A stretch of 63,227 nucleotides of DNA, the filler included, from Reticulomyxa filosa (Eukaryota; Protista; Foraminifera): the NCBI GenBank assembly GCA_000512085.1. It is 13 parts of 13 records of this genome, joined end to end, with 100 filler letters (N's around TTAATTAATTAA, not from the genome) between each part and the next. Parts side by side here need not be neighbours in the genome. Positions count along the whole stretch, not along the records: positions 12,141 to 20,021 come from ASPP01009425.1; positions 20,122 to 23,310 come from ASPP01019236.1; positions 23,411 to 37,251 come from ASPP01017958.1; 10 more parts are not named here. One strand, given 5' to 3'. Position 1 is the first letter of the stretch, and each line of letters begins with the position of its first letter. A model generated the notes under the pieces. It made no database searches, was not told the origin of the DNA, and was given only the letters and a program-made list of their open reading frames with translations. The position numbers were made by a program, and so were the translations under genes. Below are positions 12,192 through 24,640 of this stretch, piece after piece.

Positions 12192-14800
12192 ATGACTCAG
12201 CAAATAGCGGAGGAACAGGGCGTGCAATGCGATGAACAAGAGAAACAACTAGGTGACGATACCAGAATTGAAGAACTCCCGGTCTCGAACAAGGAACAAA
12301 TGGACTTGTCCGTGCTGTATGTTGGCGACATGCGCCTGGAGATACTGAAACCAGAGTTTTACAAAGAACTGATCGAAATCATGAATCGTCAAGGACCAAT
12401 AAAGGTGTTACGAGCACTTCTGGACTCGCGCAAAAAACTCGAAGGACAAAGGACTCGTGAGCACAGCAGAACGCAAAGTAATAATAATAATAATAATAAT
12501 AACTGTATTCTTGACCTGACAGAAACGGTCGAGTTGTCGTTGAGTGGGATGGGGGCAGCAACAGCAATCCAAGTGCGACGAAAAATAGGCTTGCGAATTG
12601 GAGTGGACAGTTGGAATTGGAACGCCTGTTTTTGAAAGAGCCATTGTATCGGGTCATTGCTAAAATGCAACCCGATCTCGGACGCTTTCAGATATATCCT
12701 TTCGCCGAGGCTTTTGAAAAAGCTATTGCCAAAGCTGGAGCCAATTCTCAAAAACAATGGAGGCCGAGGCATGACAAAGGCATTGTCGTCGCATTTGCGC
12801 CGAGGATACAAGACGTGCTCTTGTTAATTCGAGACACGTATCATTCTGCTGATTTTTATCAAGTGATTGCCTCCTATCCGCGAACAAAAGATGAACAGAG
12901 TTTATTCGAAATATTTTTCAAATGCAAACACACATTTGTATATGTGTGGTGTATATTTTTTATATTTGTATTGAATGTGAATAATTTCAGTGTTTTTTTC
13001 CTCTCCCTCCCCGGAAATAAGAAAGCGAAGCGCTCAAAATTCCCGCTCAAGAAGGCAAAGAAGATACGCTTGTTGACGTCGATTATTCGATTGATCCCAG
13101 GTTTGTGCTCTTTGTTCTGCTTTTGATGCAGGTTATATTAATCAGCGATTTGGTGTGCTTGTGTACGGATGCCATGACAGACAATTCCTGTCGCTGTTAA
13201 ACAATGACACACTGACTCAGCTAAATCAAATCGCGCAAAAAAGCGCAACAACACATAAAATCGCTGCAACAAAACGAGTCGATCCCAACATGGACTGGCC
13301 GAATGAAAGTGTGTTGAAAAGCGATAACGAAAATAACAATGACAACGAAGACAATAACCGCAATGTCGTCACGGACAATGCCACGACGAATGACAACACC
13401 ACAAACAATGAGAACGAAAATGGCAACGATGGCGACAGTGACAATGATGGCGATGACGATGACAATCAGAATGATGACATTGGCTACGACGAGATCGATG
13501 CTTCAGGACAGACGGGCCCACCCGTCAACGCGACTATCAAAGACAGCACAAAGACAGAGCCACAAATGGAGCCAGCAAATGCCAATGCCTACCAATGCCA
13601 ATGCCAATGCCAATGCCAATATCAATGTCGATACCGATATCAATGCCAAAGAAAAGGAAGGCCGTCAATCATTGCCCAATAATCCTGCAAACGACGCGAC
13701 AGCGCCAAAGGAGAGTCTAACTCCACGAAAACGCCGTTGGCATAAGCTGGACAATCCAAATTACGTTCCAAACCTGCGTGACTTGTTGGTGAACGAGTAT
13801 TGGTTGAACCAGTTCCAACGATTCATTGAAAAGTGTCAGCCCTCGCGATTAAAGTATTTGTATTTCCTCATGCTTGGCGAACATATTTACAAATTCCGCA
13901 CCCGGCCTTATCCAAAGCAATTGCCGATACTAAACTGTGACAATATCGCCATTAAGCTGATCAAACAATGCAAACACAAAGAACAATATCAATACACGGT
14001 CAACGTGCCTCCAAAGAAATTGAGACGAACTGAACAAAGAGGCAGTGTTATTCACGTTCGTTTTGTATCTGTCATTGTTTGTTGTTTTGATTTGTTTTCA
14101 ATCCAATTGAAAAACAAAAAATAAAATAAAATAAAATAAATAGGTAAATAAATCAGGGCAAGTGTGTTTAATGAGTGATGAAGAGTTTTCCGCGGCGATA
14201 ATTGGATTGGACGAACTGCGAGGCATTGCGACAGCGATAGCGAGCGATGTACACGATAACAGCAATCTGTCAAAGGACGAGTCCACTGGCGTCTCTGAAA
14301 CGGATGCCTCTACGGAGGAGGGTGCAACGGCCTTTTCAAAGCCGCAAAGCGCTTTTCTTAAATGCACTACCAACGACAAAAGCAAATCCAGTAGTGCCAC
14401 CGTCAGCAGCAAACCCAATCCAAAAAATGACAAAACCGCCGCGAGACAAGAGCTAATGGCTGAATTGGAACAACTCAACCTCTCATTCAATATATTTGAA
14501 TTCTGTCGCGAAAACGAAACCAATTTCTACTCTTTTAATGACTATTGTCTTCTCATCTATTACAATTTTGTTAGAAAAGGCAGTCCATATTTAATTCAGT
14601 TTAGTGATAAACAGCTGATCATCGATATCGAAAAATTCTTATTCACAACAGTAACTGACCCCAAAGACACAACTCCCAAAAAGGCTTTGCAAAGCATCCT
14701 TCCTTTCAATATCTTTGACAAAATGTGGCTTGCTGTCTTTCGGTATGTTCACCAGATGTGTTATGAATCCTTTGTCATTTGGGTTAATGACCATTTCTGA
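12192..14800 (+). CDS. RGS-domain protein, multi-exon, with apparent frameshifts
   Basis: RGS first half LRDLLVNEYWLNQFQRFIEK..YLYF (~13770-13890). Second half LIYYNFVRKGSPYLIQF...IFDKMWLAVFRYVHQMCYESF (~14550-14790). Confidence 0.7.
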
Positions 14801-15403
14801 ATGCGTGCTAAAAAAAAAAACATGCTGAGTCAGTGTTGTTTTGTGTGTTCTAGCTCTTGTGATTTCCTTATTATTATGCTATTTTTATTTTTTTAATATA
14901 ATTTATTTTTTTTGTTTTTTTTTTTGTTTTTTTTGTGATGGTTTGTGTCTGGTACTTTGAAAGTTTTTTTGCTGTCGGCATTTCACTGAACCATGTTCCA
15001 TAATCTGACATTCTTGTATTTTACACAACCAAATCTCATTTCCTCGCTTCTTTTTTGCTTGGAGCCGATATAAATTTTTTGATTAAAGTTTTCTGCATCC
15101 TGTGTGTCACAATAGGAGTTTAGAAAAACAAAAAAAATAGTTTCTAGTGGTGAAAAAAGAATGGAAAAGTCAATTTAAGCTCAGGAGTAGCGGAGTTGTA
15201 ATTGATCAAACTGTTATATTTGCTACTCCAAAAAAAAAAAGGGGCAAAAAAAGCAAAAAAAAGCCTAATTTTTTTATTTTTAATTATGCAAAAAAATCTT
15301 TGTTAACTATGTTTTCGTTACATCAAATTCCAGTAATACAAGATCAGAAATCGCCCATTCGGCACAATAAAAATCAATCAAATATGAAGAGAGTATTTCT
15401 TCA

Positions 15404-16945
15404 GTGGAAATCTCAAGCCGAGAAAACGGAGTCCAAGGAAAGGAGAAAGTATTCGACGAGGGCCAAGAAAATGGGTATAATGGGAATGAAAATGAGAATG
15501 ACTACTCAGTATCGTCGAATTCGATCGGATCAAGATCGGCATCAATGGCGTCAATAAACTATTCAATGAGTCACCAAAAGAGTGCAAGTGGCTCCGAGTC
15601 ATTGATTGATCCGCTCCTCCTGATGGATGAGCTAACATGTCAACAAAAGACCACCGAGCTATCAAAGCTGTGGATGAAGTTGTTGCATCAATGGTTGAAA
15701 GTCGCGGCTCCAAATGAAAAAGAGGAGCTCCAAATCAAAGATAAAGATAAAGATAAAAATGAAGACAAAAAGCAAAAGCTGATACAATTACAGAAATGTG
15801 CAAAATCGTTAGTAAGCAAGTATCCAATTCCAAATTCCGTGAGGAGTCGTGCGTGGTTTATTTTGTCGGGTGCAATTTACCATATGAACTCGTATCCAAA
15901 GATTACTACCAACAGTTGCACACGAAAGCGTGCGACCCCCAAGTGGAACGCAACATCGACAAAGACGTGTGTCGGACTTTTGCGGGAGGACAGAGCCAGT
16001 ATTACACCTACGCATATGTGCAAGAGCATGAGAGGCCTACCACCATCTCCGCGCAATCCACAATGTCTTCTCCAACTATTGCCACGACACCCAGCAGCGC
16101 CACGACACCCAGCAGCGCCACGACGACAGTGACCGCCGATGACACAAGGGATACAATATTCGCTGACGAATTGAAACGCATACTGGTTGCATATGCAAAT
16201 TTGGACAAGGAATTGGGGTATTGCCAGGGCATGAATTATATTGCCGCTTTTTTGTTGAAAGGTGATATCCTTTTTGTCCATATCGTTTTTCTCTCCCCTT
16301 TTTTTTTTTTTTTTTTTTTTGACAATTAAAGATACAAACGTCGATATGTCCATGTTAGTTGTTATGTAATCCAAAATACACACAAAAAAAAAAAAAAAAA
16401 AAAAAGAGTTTGATTCAGAAGAAGAAGCGTTTTGGATGTTTTACACAATTTTAAGTGATGAAAAGTATTTTGCTCGCTCGCTGTTCACTTCAGAACTTCC
16501 AGGATACGTCAAGTGTGAAAAAGCGCTGGATGGACTGCTACGGCATCACTTGCCACGTTTGCAACGACACTTTGAATCCATGGGATGTCTTCGTGTCATT
16601 TTGTCTCCTTGGTTACATTGCTTATTTGCTTATCCAACCATTGACCCAATCGTCACTTGCCACATTTGGGACTTGCTTTTTGTCAAAGATTTTTCCATTT
16701 TTTTGAAAATTGCTTTTGTCATCTGCTTATTCCATGTGGAAAAATTACTCGCTTTTGATCTGACTGAAATTGTCGAATTTTGCAAATCTTTGCGTTTTTT
16801 GAATCCATTCATTGTACATGCCTGCATGTACATTAACATCAATCAAAGCCTCATCGACGATTGTCAAAGTTTGTATGACTCATCTTTAAACGATCCCAAG
16901 TCTTGCACTGTGTGCTCTACAACCAGTCAGTTAGCACAGTTTTGA
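15404..16945 (+). CDS. TBC-domain Rab GTPase-activating protein
   Basis: IPNSVRSRAWFILSG, IDKDVCRTF (Arg finger), GYCQGMNYIAAFLL (Gln finger) and EEEAFW. Intron ~16262-16407, one frameshift at ~15890. Confidence 0.92.
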
Positions 16946-17729
16946 ATTAATGACACAGCTTTTTTTTTATTCTTATTTTTTTGTATTAAATGAAGTGAAG
17001 GCGAGAGCGTTTTTTAAATTTATTTACTTCTATTTATCTTTAAATAAGGACAAACACGAACTTTTTTTTTTTGTGATTCCTCTATTAAAAAAAAAAATCA
17101 CTTTGATGTTTGGTTCATTGCTTTAATTTCAATGAGATAATGATTTTTATGTCATTGTGCTCGTTGAACTGCATCTTTTGTTTTGTTGACTTTCTTTTCT
17201 TTTTTCTTGTTACTTTTGAGGGCGAATTCCATTATTCGCCCTTTTCTTCATAACTTTGCGCACACTTTTTTTTTTTGTGCTTGACCACTTGTAGGGTTTG
17301 TTAAATAATTCTATCCGTCATTCGCATGCCAAGGGTACAAACACACCCTTGAAGTACTTTTCTTAAAAAATTAAAAATGCATAAATTTTTGCAAAGTTCT
17401 TATACAGTATCTAACACTAAGAAACGCAGGCCCAAAAGGGCCTTTGAACTCCTTTTTTAAAAATTTCTTTACTCATTAACTCAACAAACTTTTCATATTC
17501 TATTGCCTTACTCTTTATATTTGGTTTAGTTTAGTTTACTGTTGACTTTACTTCGAACAGTCACTTGCACTTTGCCTAAGTGAGCCCAATTTTTTAACTA
17601 ACAAGCTAAAAACTGTTTCGTGATAAAATCTAATTGAAACAATAATAAAGCAGAAAGCCTAGTAAAAAAAACTTGACTTCTATGTTTTGATTGTTGACGT
17701 CATTTACACTTTTATTTGAAAAAGGGAAT

Positions 17730-20021
17730 GTTGCAGGATACATCAACAATGGATTTTTCACAACTTTATGATTTGTTGTTTTCTCCGTATACTTTAACCT
17801 TTTATGCGAGGCATATCGAAGCACTTAACAAACTTTGCAGGGAGCGATCCAAAGGAATTGTTTAGACCCAATTTCTATTTTTGAAAGCATATTTTTTTTA
17901 TCCTCCTTTTCTAAGTCTTATAGTTGTTTCTATTCTTAAAAGGAATATGAATTTTTGTTAACAGTTTCCTGTCGAATTGCCTCATTTCACTAAACTCCTT
18001 TCATATTGTAGAATCAATGTGGAAAATGGCAAAAGTGAATTCGTTTATGTCTGTGCAAAATTAATTGAGTGCACCTTAAAACCATTCGTTCCTGTTCAGT
18101 CTTTTCAAGAAGTTCTGCTTTTTTTTGTCTCCTCGAATTCGTGTGCTCTGTTCCACTTTATATTATAAATATAGATTGAACACTATCAAATAATATGTCA
18201 ACACTTTGACATGCTAATTTTGCTGTTGGATTGCAATTATCCTGTCATCTTACTAGCCATCTTACAAGTTACAACAACTTGTTTTCCTATTTTAGCTAGT
18301 CAGCAAAAAGAAAGAGGGGGGAAAAAAGGGAGTCAGGGATTTTCTTCAGTGCGATGAAAAGAATCGAAATGAGAATTTCAGCTTGTCAGAAACGTTTTTC
18401 AAATATGATAATTCAGCACGCTTTCGGTATTAATCTTTCCCACTCTCACAAAAATTTCCATTAAAATATATAACACAACATTCTCAAAAGAGCGGTGCTG
18501 AACACTGGAATTGTTAGTAGCTTCCTGAAACTTTTCGACCGGTGGCAAACAAAGTTTATTCACTTTTTTTCATTTAAAAAGTAAATAATGCTTTATTCTG
18601 TACGCTACATAGAGAACTCAAGCTCAAGGATACTTCATCATTTGCTGAAAAACAAATAGGCATCACGTTGGTGAACTTTTTTAGCGACGTTTCCCGCTCG
18701 CCAAACGGCTGCAAACATTTACTCGAAAGTTAACATAAAAACTCAGCTTATTTTCAAATTTGAAATGAAAAAAACTAAAAATAAAATTCAATGAAAATAA
18801 TTGGAAGATGGCATTTTGAAGCGATATGTCATGCTTCATGCTGTGCGTAGTGGTTTGGAATGTGCAACATCCAGTATCAAAGTTTGGTATTTTAACTTAA
18901 AACAATTTAGGAAATAAATGACATAAATAGACACAACCAAATCTATAATTTAGATGTTGTACAACATTATCGAATTAATTCCAGATTTAGTTATATCACA
19001 ACTACAACAAGGCCACTTCAAGTATGTGTTTTTTTTTTTTTACGTAGACAATTTAAAACGTGGTCTTATTTTCAATTTTAGCGTGCTCAGTGAAAATTTG
19101 GATTATTTTTTACTTTATGGATATCGTCCGGAAGAAAAGTATTTACGCAATACAATTTTGGCAATTTTACTTTTAGTGTCAAAACGCCCTCAACAATTCA
19201 ACATTCAATATTTTTCAAGATGTACAGCAATTGACTCCATCTTACAATTTTTGACACAGTATAATAATGGATACAATTGCAAGCATTTTTCGCATGTATG
19301 TACAACTCAATCAATACTTTTGAGTCCTTTTTTTTTTAATACTATGGCTTACGAATATATGACAACAATGGTGATAGACATCCGACAATGAAAATTTTGA
19401 AATGGTTTGCCTAATGTTATCTTTTTTGCAAAGAATATGTCAAATTGCAAACTATCGTGAAATTTCCAAAATTATTAAGTATCGATTTGTACCTATTATG
19501 TTAGGACTCTATTTTAATCATGAAGAGCGCTATGAAAAAGAAACTGAGTCCCAAACGGGGACTCTTTCAAGGGGTCAAACGTCTTCCAGTTTAATAAATG
19601 ATCTTTATATCTTTTTGTTCGTGTATTGTATTTGAAGACAATGCATTGTTTTATCTATAAAAAAAAAAGTAAGTTCAAGTTTAACTCTAAGAAAATCAAT
19701 GAGCAAAACCGAACAAATGGGGAACATAATAAAGATGGAATGGAACAATATGCAAAAAGAACAATTGCAATTTTGGCTAATTAAAATATTTATTCGATTG
19801 ACAGATAGTATTCCGAATCATTTAATCGAATGTGACGTCCCAATGGCACTGCTTCACCACTGGATTTTCTTCTCTTTGACTACGTGTGAGAGCACTGAAT
19901 CACTCGATCAAACAACTGAGTTTACTTTGTGTTGCTTTCGAGTATTTTGACGCAAAAAAAGTTGTAAAAACAACAACAATCACAAATAAAGGGACATGCT
20001 GAATGATTTGACATTCTGCTT
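17730..20021 (+). CDS. CFAP69: CFAP69-like cilia/flagella-associated ARM protein, multi-exon, 3'-truncated
   Basis: Ordered motifs match CFAP69 as I recall it: ELPHFTKLL..C..LKPF, LYNIIE..VISQL, GYRPEEKYLRNTILAI, ENFEM and EWNNMQKEQLQ. Confidence 0.65.
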
Positions 20022-20121
20022 NNNNNNNNNNNNNNNNNNNNNNNNNNNNNNNNNNNNNNNNNNNNTTAATTAATTAANNNNNNNNNNNNNNNNNNNNNNN
20101 NNNNNNNNNNNNNNNNNNNNN

Positions 20122-20217
20122 GGATTGAAAAAGAAAGATAAGACAAAGAATGTTACATATGATTTGAATTTGTGTTATGGTTCAAAGTATGGTCCCATTC
20201 ATATTTGGGGATCATAA
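20122..20217 (+). CDS. 3' end of a WD40 family gene
   Basis: KNVTYDLNLCYGSKYGPIHIWGS* is the same C-terminus as the WD40 genes ending at 1076 and 46734. Confidence 0.75.
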   Translation, partial: GLKKKDKTKNVTYDLNLCYGSKYGPIHIWGS

Positions 20218-21265
20218 CAACATAGTTGATAAGTTTTCATTTGACATTTCATGAACACATTTATTATATCAAATAATTATTCAAAATTGAGTTCAAAGAT
20301 TGATATTCAATTTTGACATAATAAACTACAAAATTCATTTAACTCAACACATTCAATTCTTTTATTTTTAAATAAATATATATTGATAAGTCTCAGAAAT
20401 AAGAACATTAACAAAAATATTTTATGTATTGAAATAACTCATAGTGTCAAAATTATTCATTGAATGATTGGAAAGTTTTTTTTTATATAAACACAAATCA
20501 CGGGCTTAGCTTTGTTGTGCACGAAATAAAGAGCAAATCAGTAATTTGTTTTTAAGATATATTGAAAACTGTCGAGCTAATGACATAATAAGCAAATTAT
20601 GAATTGCGTACAACACTACATTGACTTTCAAATATTTTACATGTGCATCTTATTGAGAATAATTTTAATCAATTTTTCTTTTCGAAAATATAAAAAACTG
20701 GATATAACGTTTTTTTGCTTAGAATAATTCCAATTTCTTGATTGTTACAACTGATCTTTGACAGAGAGTATTGAATAAGAGGCCAATCTGGGACCTCGTT
20801 CCTTGTGTTCTCATTGTTAAATTAAATTGGACGAATATCATCAAAACAAAAAAAATTAAAGTGTCATAATTCAATTAATTGTATTATCAAAATTATGCAA
20901 AGCAAATATATTTTTCCAGATATCATATTTTAGAGTATGCTTTTACATCAATTGATATAATTACATTTAATACAATGGTAAAAGAAAGATACAACATCCG
21001 TGTTCCCGATACTTTCATTATTTCAAGACCGTCACAAACAATGTTTGGCAAATGGTATTACTTTTTCACTGAAAATTCTCGATACAATAATTCAACCTTT
21101 CATGCATTTTAATTTTCATTGCTCAAATTATGTGCAATTTTTTTGTTCATTAACCAAATAAAAATGTCAATGTAAAATATTTTTGTTTTCTCAAAAAGGG
21201 TCAGATCACAGCCCCTTTTTCTAAAAAAAATTAAACTAAAAAAAAATTTCCTAAATATTAACAAC

Positions 21266-23310
21266 ATGACCAAGCAAACTACAATACAAAACTCTCCTGA
21301 AAGAGAAACTGAACCAAGTCAACAGAGAACTACCCACTTTCAAACTTTGAAGGAGTTGCCCACTCCACTAGCAGATTCTCAATGTGTGCTACACAAACAC
21401 GAACTTTTCATTTGTGGAGATAAATATGAAAGAGCTTGTTATTCTTATCATACACTCAAAAACGAATATAAGTTAATTTGTGAGTATTCAAGTAATGTTA
21501 CATTATGTGGACACTGTGTAGTGAAACTGGAAGATAGCAACAGTAACAACGATAAAGACAACAATCAAATCACTTTATTGTCTTTTGGTGGAAAATATAA
21601 ACATACATTGGTGGATGAAATATGTAAGTGTTTGGAATGATGACAACAATAATGGTGAAAATCAAAATGAAACGAATAAGTCAAAAAAATTAAATGAATT
21701 ACACCAATTAAACAAATCAAATAATTACAATCAATGGGTCCCTTTCACAGACAATCACAATCATCCAATAATCATTGGAAGAGATCATGATGATTATGAA
21801 GGAGCGCGTGCATTGTTAGTGGAAATCAACAATAATTTGTATTTATCACGTATAAATATGATAATATTAGTGTGTTTAATTTAAATACATTTCAATATAT
21901 TAAACATGATAAATTACCAACTAATAATGATATATGGTTTCATTGTTTTATATCAAAATCAGAAAATGGACAAGTACAAGAAATGATGAAAACAAATCAA
22001 AAATATAAACAAAATTATCAAATGCTGTTGTTTTGTAAAGAGACAGGATTATCAATTGAATATGATGAAGATACAAAAACTTTTCAATTTCAGGAACTAC
22101 CTGTTTGTGATGATATTGCACCATTCTATGAATATGCATATGTGTGTATCAATGATGTCATTTTGCTCTTTGATGGATGTAATTGGAGTCGTAATGTTGT
22201 CTCAAAATCAGTGCACAAGTATTCAATTCGAGAAAACAAATGGATGACATTTCAAAACACTTTATCCAGTCCATTATATGATTGTGTTGCAATATTGAGT
22301 GAAGACAATACGTATGTGCATATTATTGGAGGATTTGATGGAAAGCAACGTATGTTAACACATATGAAAATTGATGTTAGTGAATGGTTGAGTGAAGAGG
22401 AAATGAAAAAAGGAATTGAATTGAAAGTGGAAGAAGATGAGAAGAAGAATGAAGATGAAGAAGAAAAAGATAGTGACAGTGAAATGAACAAAATTGTAAA
22501 AAAAAAAGGATGTAAAAGTTAAGTATTAATGTCAGTTGTAGTAATATGATTGTTTTGAACTTCTTATTTGATACAAGGAGCATGTATAAAAAATCATCTT
22601 TTTTAAGTTGAAAACTGGAAACAAATAACTATGTGACAAAAAGAAAGAATGTAAATGTTGAAATATTTTTTGTTTTGTTTTGTTTTGTTTGCATTTGATG
22701 TATATTAAAGTCAAACAAAATCCAGGAAAAGTGTAACAAAGCAATGAAATGGTGGAATGAAAGAGAACAAAAAGACAAAACAGAGATAATTGAAAGATTT
22801 AAAACATTATCAAATAAACAACTTGGAGTATGGTTATTGAATGAGCATAAATGGAAAAATGAAATCACAAAAGATGATATTGATTCTATTTGTTTTTCAA
22901 TTGCTCTGATCACAATTAATGAAGACAAAAAAGAAGAAAAGGAAGTTAATAAATTGTATATTATTTTACTCTTATTTTCTTCCATCTGAATTACAATAAC
23001 AAAATACAAAATAGTTGACAGCATATGTGCAAGTGGATAAAAGGAAGAAATTGATAAAAATGAAAAAACTGACATTTGAAGAGCTTTTTCGTCAAATTCA
23101 TAATTGTTTGGAATGGGAGGATATTCAAAAAATGAGAAATGAACATGTAAAGCTTGATTTGATCAATATGAAAGATAATATTATTGAATCAGACAATGAT
23201 GTGAAAAGAGAATTTAAAAAAAATCAACCTTCATTTAAAATAATTTGGACTCCATTGCAACCAATGATAATTGGAAAAACGAAAACAATTAAAAATGCAT
23301 TGGTAATGAT
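21266..23310 (+). pseudogene. Kelch-like propeller followed by a lineage-specific module; frameshifted, 3'-truncated
   Basis: Paralog of 3883-5080 with frameshifts at ~21613 and ~21850. Then an acidic linker and exons KWWNEREQKDK..., LTFEELF... and KTKTIKNALVM up to the contig end. Confidence 0.75.
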
Positions 23311-24640
23311 NNNNNNNNNNNNNNNNNNNNNNNNNNNNNNNNNNNNNNNNNNNNTTAATTAATTAANNNNNNNNNNNNNNNNNNNNNNNNNNNNNNNNNN
23401 NNNNNNNNNNAAAAAAAAATTATGTTTAAATCTTTATTTTTCATTGAGAAAATCTATTCTCTTCATATAGTGCAATTTATGTATTGCAGTTTTTTTTTCA
23501 ATCTACTGTATATCAACGATTTTATCCATTTTATGACATTTATCACAAAATATATAATAATTTATTTTTCCATCTCTTTTTGTATCAATAACTGATTTAA
23601 TTTTATCTTTAACCAATTTATAATGCTCTTTCGTTTCTTCAAAATAAATTAGTGATTAAACACTTCTATTATTTTCCTTTTTAGCTCATTTGTATTTCTT
23701 GTAATTTATTCAATTCTGCAATTTCTTTTCAATAATTAGCTCGTTTTCTTTTCATGTGAATTTGATCGATATAATAATGTTTATTTTCTTTCCAAAAAAT
23801 CATTACTACTTTATTTTGATTATTCCACCGGTAAATATTTAATATTATAATCAAATGTTTGTTTGTCATATTGATTCCACCATTGTAAGTTCTTTTTATA
23901 TTATTACATTTTATTTTAATAATTTGTCAATACAAATTCCATTTATCAATTCTCAAATTCAATATTTCTATTTTCTGTTTATTAATTTCTGTGAATGACA
24001 AATTTACCTTGATATTAAATGTGATTTTTATCAATTAATTTCGCCTTTCATGCTTTCAAGTTGTTATTTAATATCTCCTTCGTCATAACAAATTATTCTT
24101 TATTCTGTTTACAAATGATGGCTTTACTAACTAAAAATACTAATTAAAAAATAATTAAAAATCTATTAAATAACAAATTTGTGATTTCCTTTTGATTTTC
24201 CAATTACTATCTTAAATTGTTTCAAATAACTATTCAAATTAATTTATCACAATAATTTTCCAATAAAACTAATTTTCTTAATAAAATTCATTAAAAAATT
24301 TTCTTCAAAATATCAATAATTATATTCTTAAATATTTGCTTGTCCGACCTAAATCAATTCTAGAAAATAACTTTTGCTACAAGTTAAAAATGATGAATTT
24401 ACTATAAATTTTTTTAGCAGGGCTAATGTTCTGATCAAAGGAATTACTATTATAATTTGCAGTATTGTAGTTTGCAAAAATGATTGTTGTGTTTAGTATT
24501 GATATGTTTATGTTTTACCATTTACTTTGCAGGGCAATTCATGTTACATACTTTTTATTAATAGTTTACATTGTCAAAAAGTGAATATCTTCACTTGGCC
24601 AAAGCAAAAGGAAAACAGCAAATAGCAGAACAAATCACGT

